From: Oikopleura dioica
Taxonomy: Eukaryota > Animalia > Chordata
Reading direction: 5' to 3'
Assembly: GCA_907165135.1 (NCBI GenBank)
Contig: OU015566.1
Span: 11,160,001-11,224,000 of the forward strand
DNA: 64,000 bases
Shown here: positions 63,801 through 64,000 of the stretch, in pieces
How positions within the stretch are numbered: the first letter of the stretch is position 1
How the letters are laid out: each line of letters begins with the position of its first letter
The notes under the pieces: model-generated
What the model saw: only the letters and a program-made list of their open reading frames with translations
Told to the model about the DNA's origin: nothing
Databases searched by the model: none
Program-made: the position numbers and the translations under genes

Positions 63801-64000
63801 GCTCAAAGCTACGCTCAAACGCTTTAAATATTCTTAATAATAGGGTTCCAATGCTTAAATTCTCCGTTCACAAGCTTATTTTAATAATCGCCCTGCTCGT
63901 ACGCTAATTAATCCCTATTAAAATTTTCACGAACTTTATTTCACTAAAATACTTAATGATCGCAGCAATTTCGCTCAATTGCTATAAAATCAAAAGCTCA
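60829..64000 (+). mobile_element. Decayed Ty3/gypsy-like LTR retrotransposon (integrase and env-like remnants)
   Basis: Possible short LTR 60829-~60945 followed by TGGTGAC PBS-like site at 60952; integrase-like fragments IRSD..HHQSKAE and KYRRHISLIRPL; Cys-rich GNVFINC segment at 63559-63771; many stops and frameshifts. Confidence 0.55.
62761..63163 (+). repeat. 78-bp tandem repeat, about 5 copies, in frame (26-aa unit SHKDQPLLVDRDEIIPAQKNEKSKIS)
   Basis: Near-identical units starting 62761, 62839, 62917, 62995 and 63073. Confidence 0.95.

Overview
Eukaryotic, very gene-dense DNA with mostly 30-60 nt introns, occasional GA-AG/GC-AG introns and same-strand genes 65-190 bp apart, several with splice-acceptor-like (T)nAG sites upstream of the ATG. 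This pattern fits a larvacean tunicate (Oikopleura-like) genome with trans-spliced operons; the taxon is inferred, not proven. About 28 spliced protein-coding genes are present: ASPP, a Y-box CSD protein, EZH2, a short collagen, NDC80, WAC, SYF2, CARNMT1, V-ATPase e, ADK, TPK1, HERC4-like, MIF4GD, FKBP8, SLC7A6OS, SLC38A10, ERH, cortactin, TBL3, ACBD6, FAM20B and several orphan genes. Mobile DNA comprises two hAT-type non-autonomous elements, a decayed gypsy-like LTR element and an intact 517-bp miniature LTR element (57699-58215). Main findings: (1) each identical LTR of that miniature element carries a tRNA-like Pol III gene whose CCA-matured 3' end is complementary to the element's own primer-binding site, so the element may encode its own primer; (2) long introns of ADK, SYF2 and ATP6V0E fold into nested sense-strand hairpins, one of which staples together the ends of a GA-AG intron; (3) SYF2 intron 1 can be drawn with a telomerase-RNA-like topology (speculative); (4) there are two orphan gene families, a head-to-head pair of secreted paralogues and four tandem palmitoylated-adaptor-like membrane proteins. 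CDS coordinates are gene spans including introns. Exon joins and folds were read by eye.
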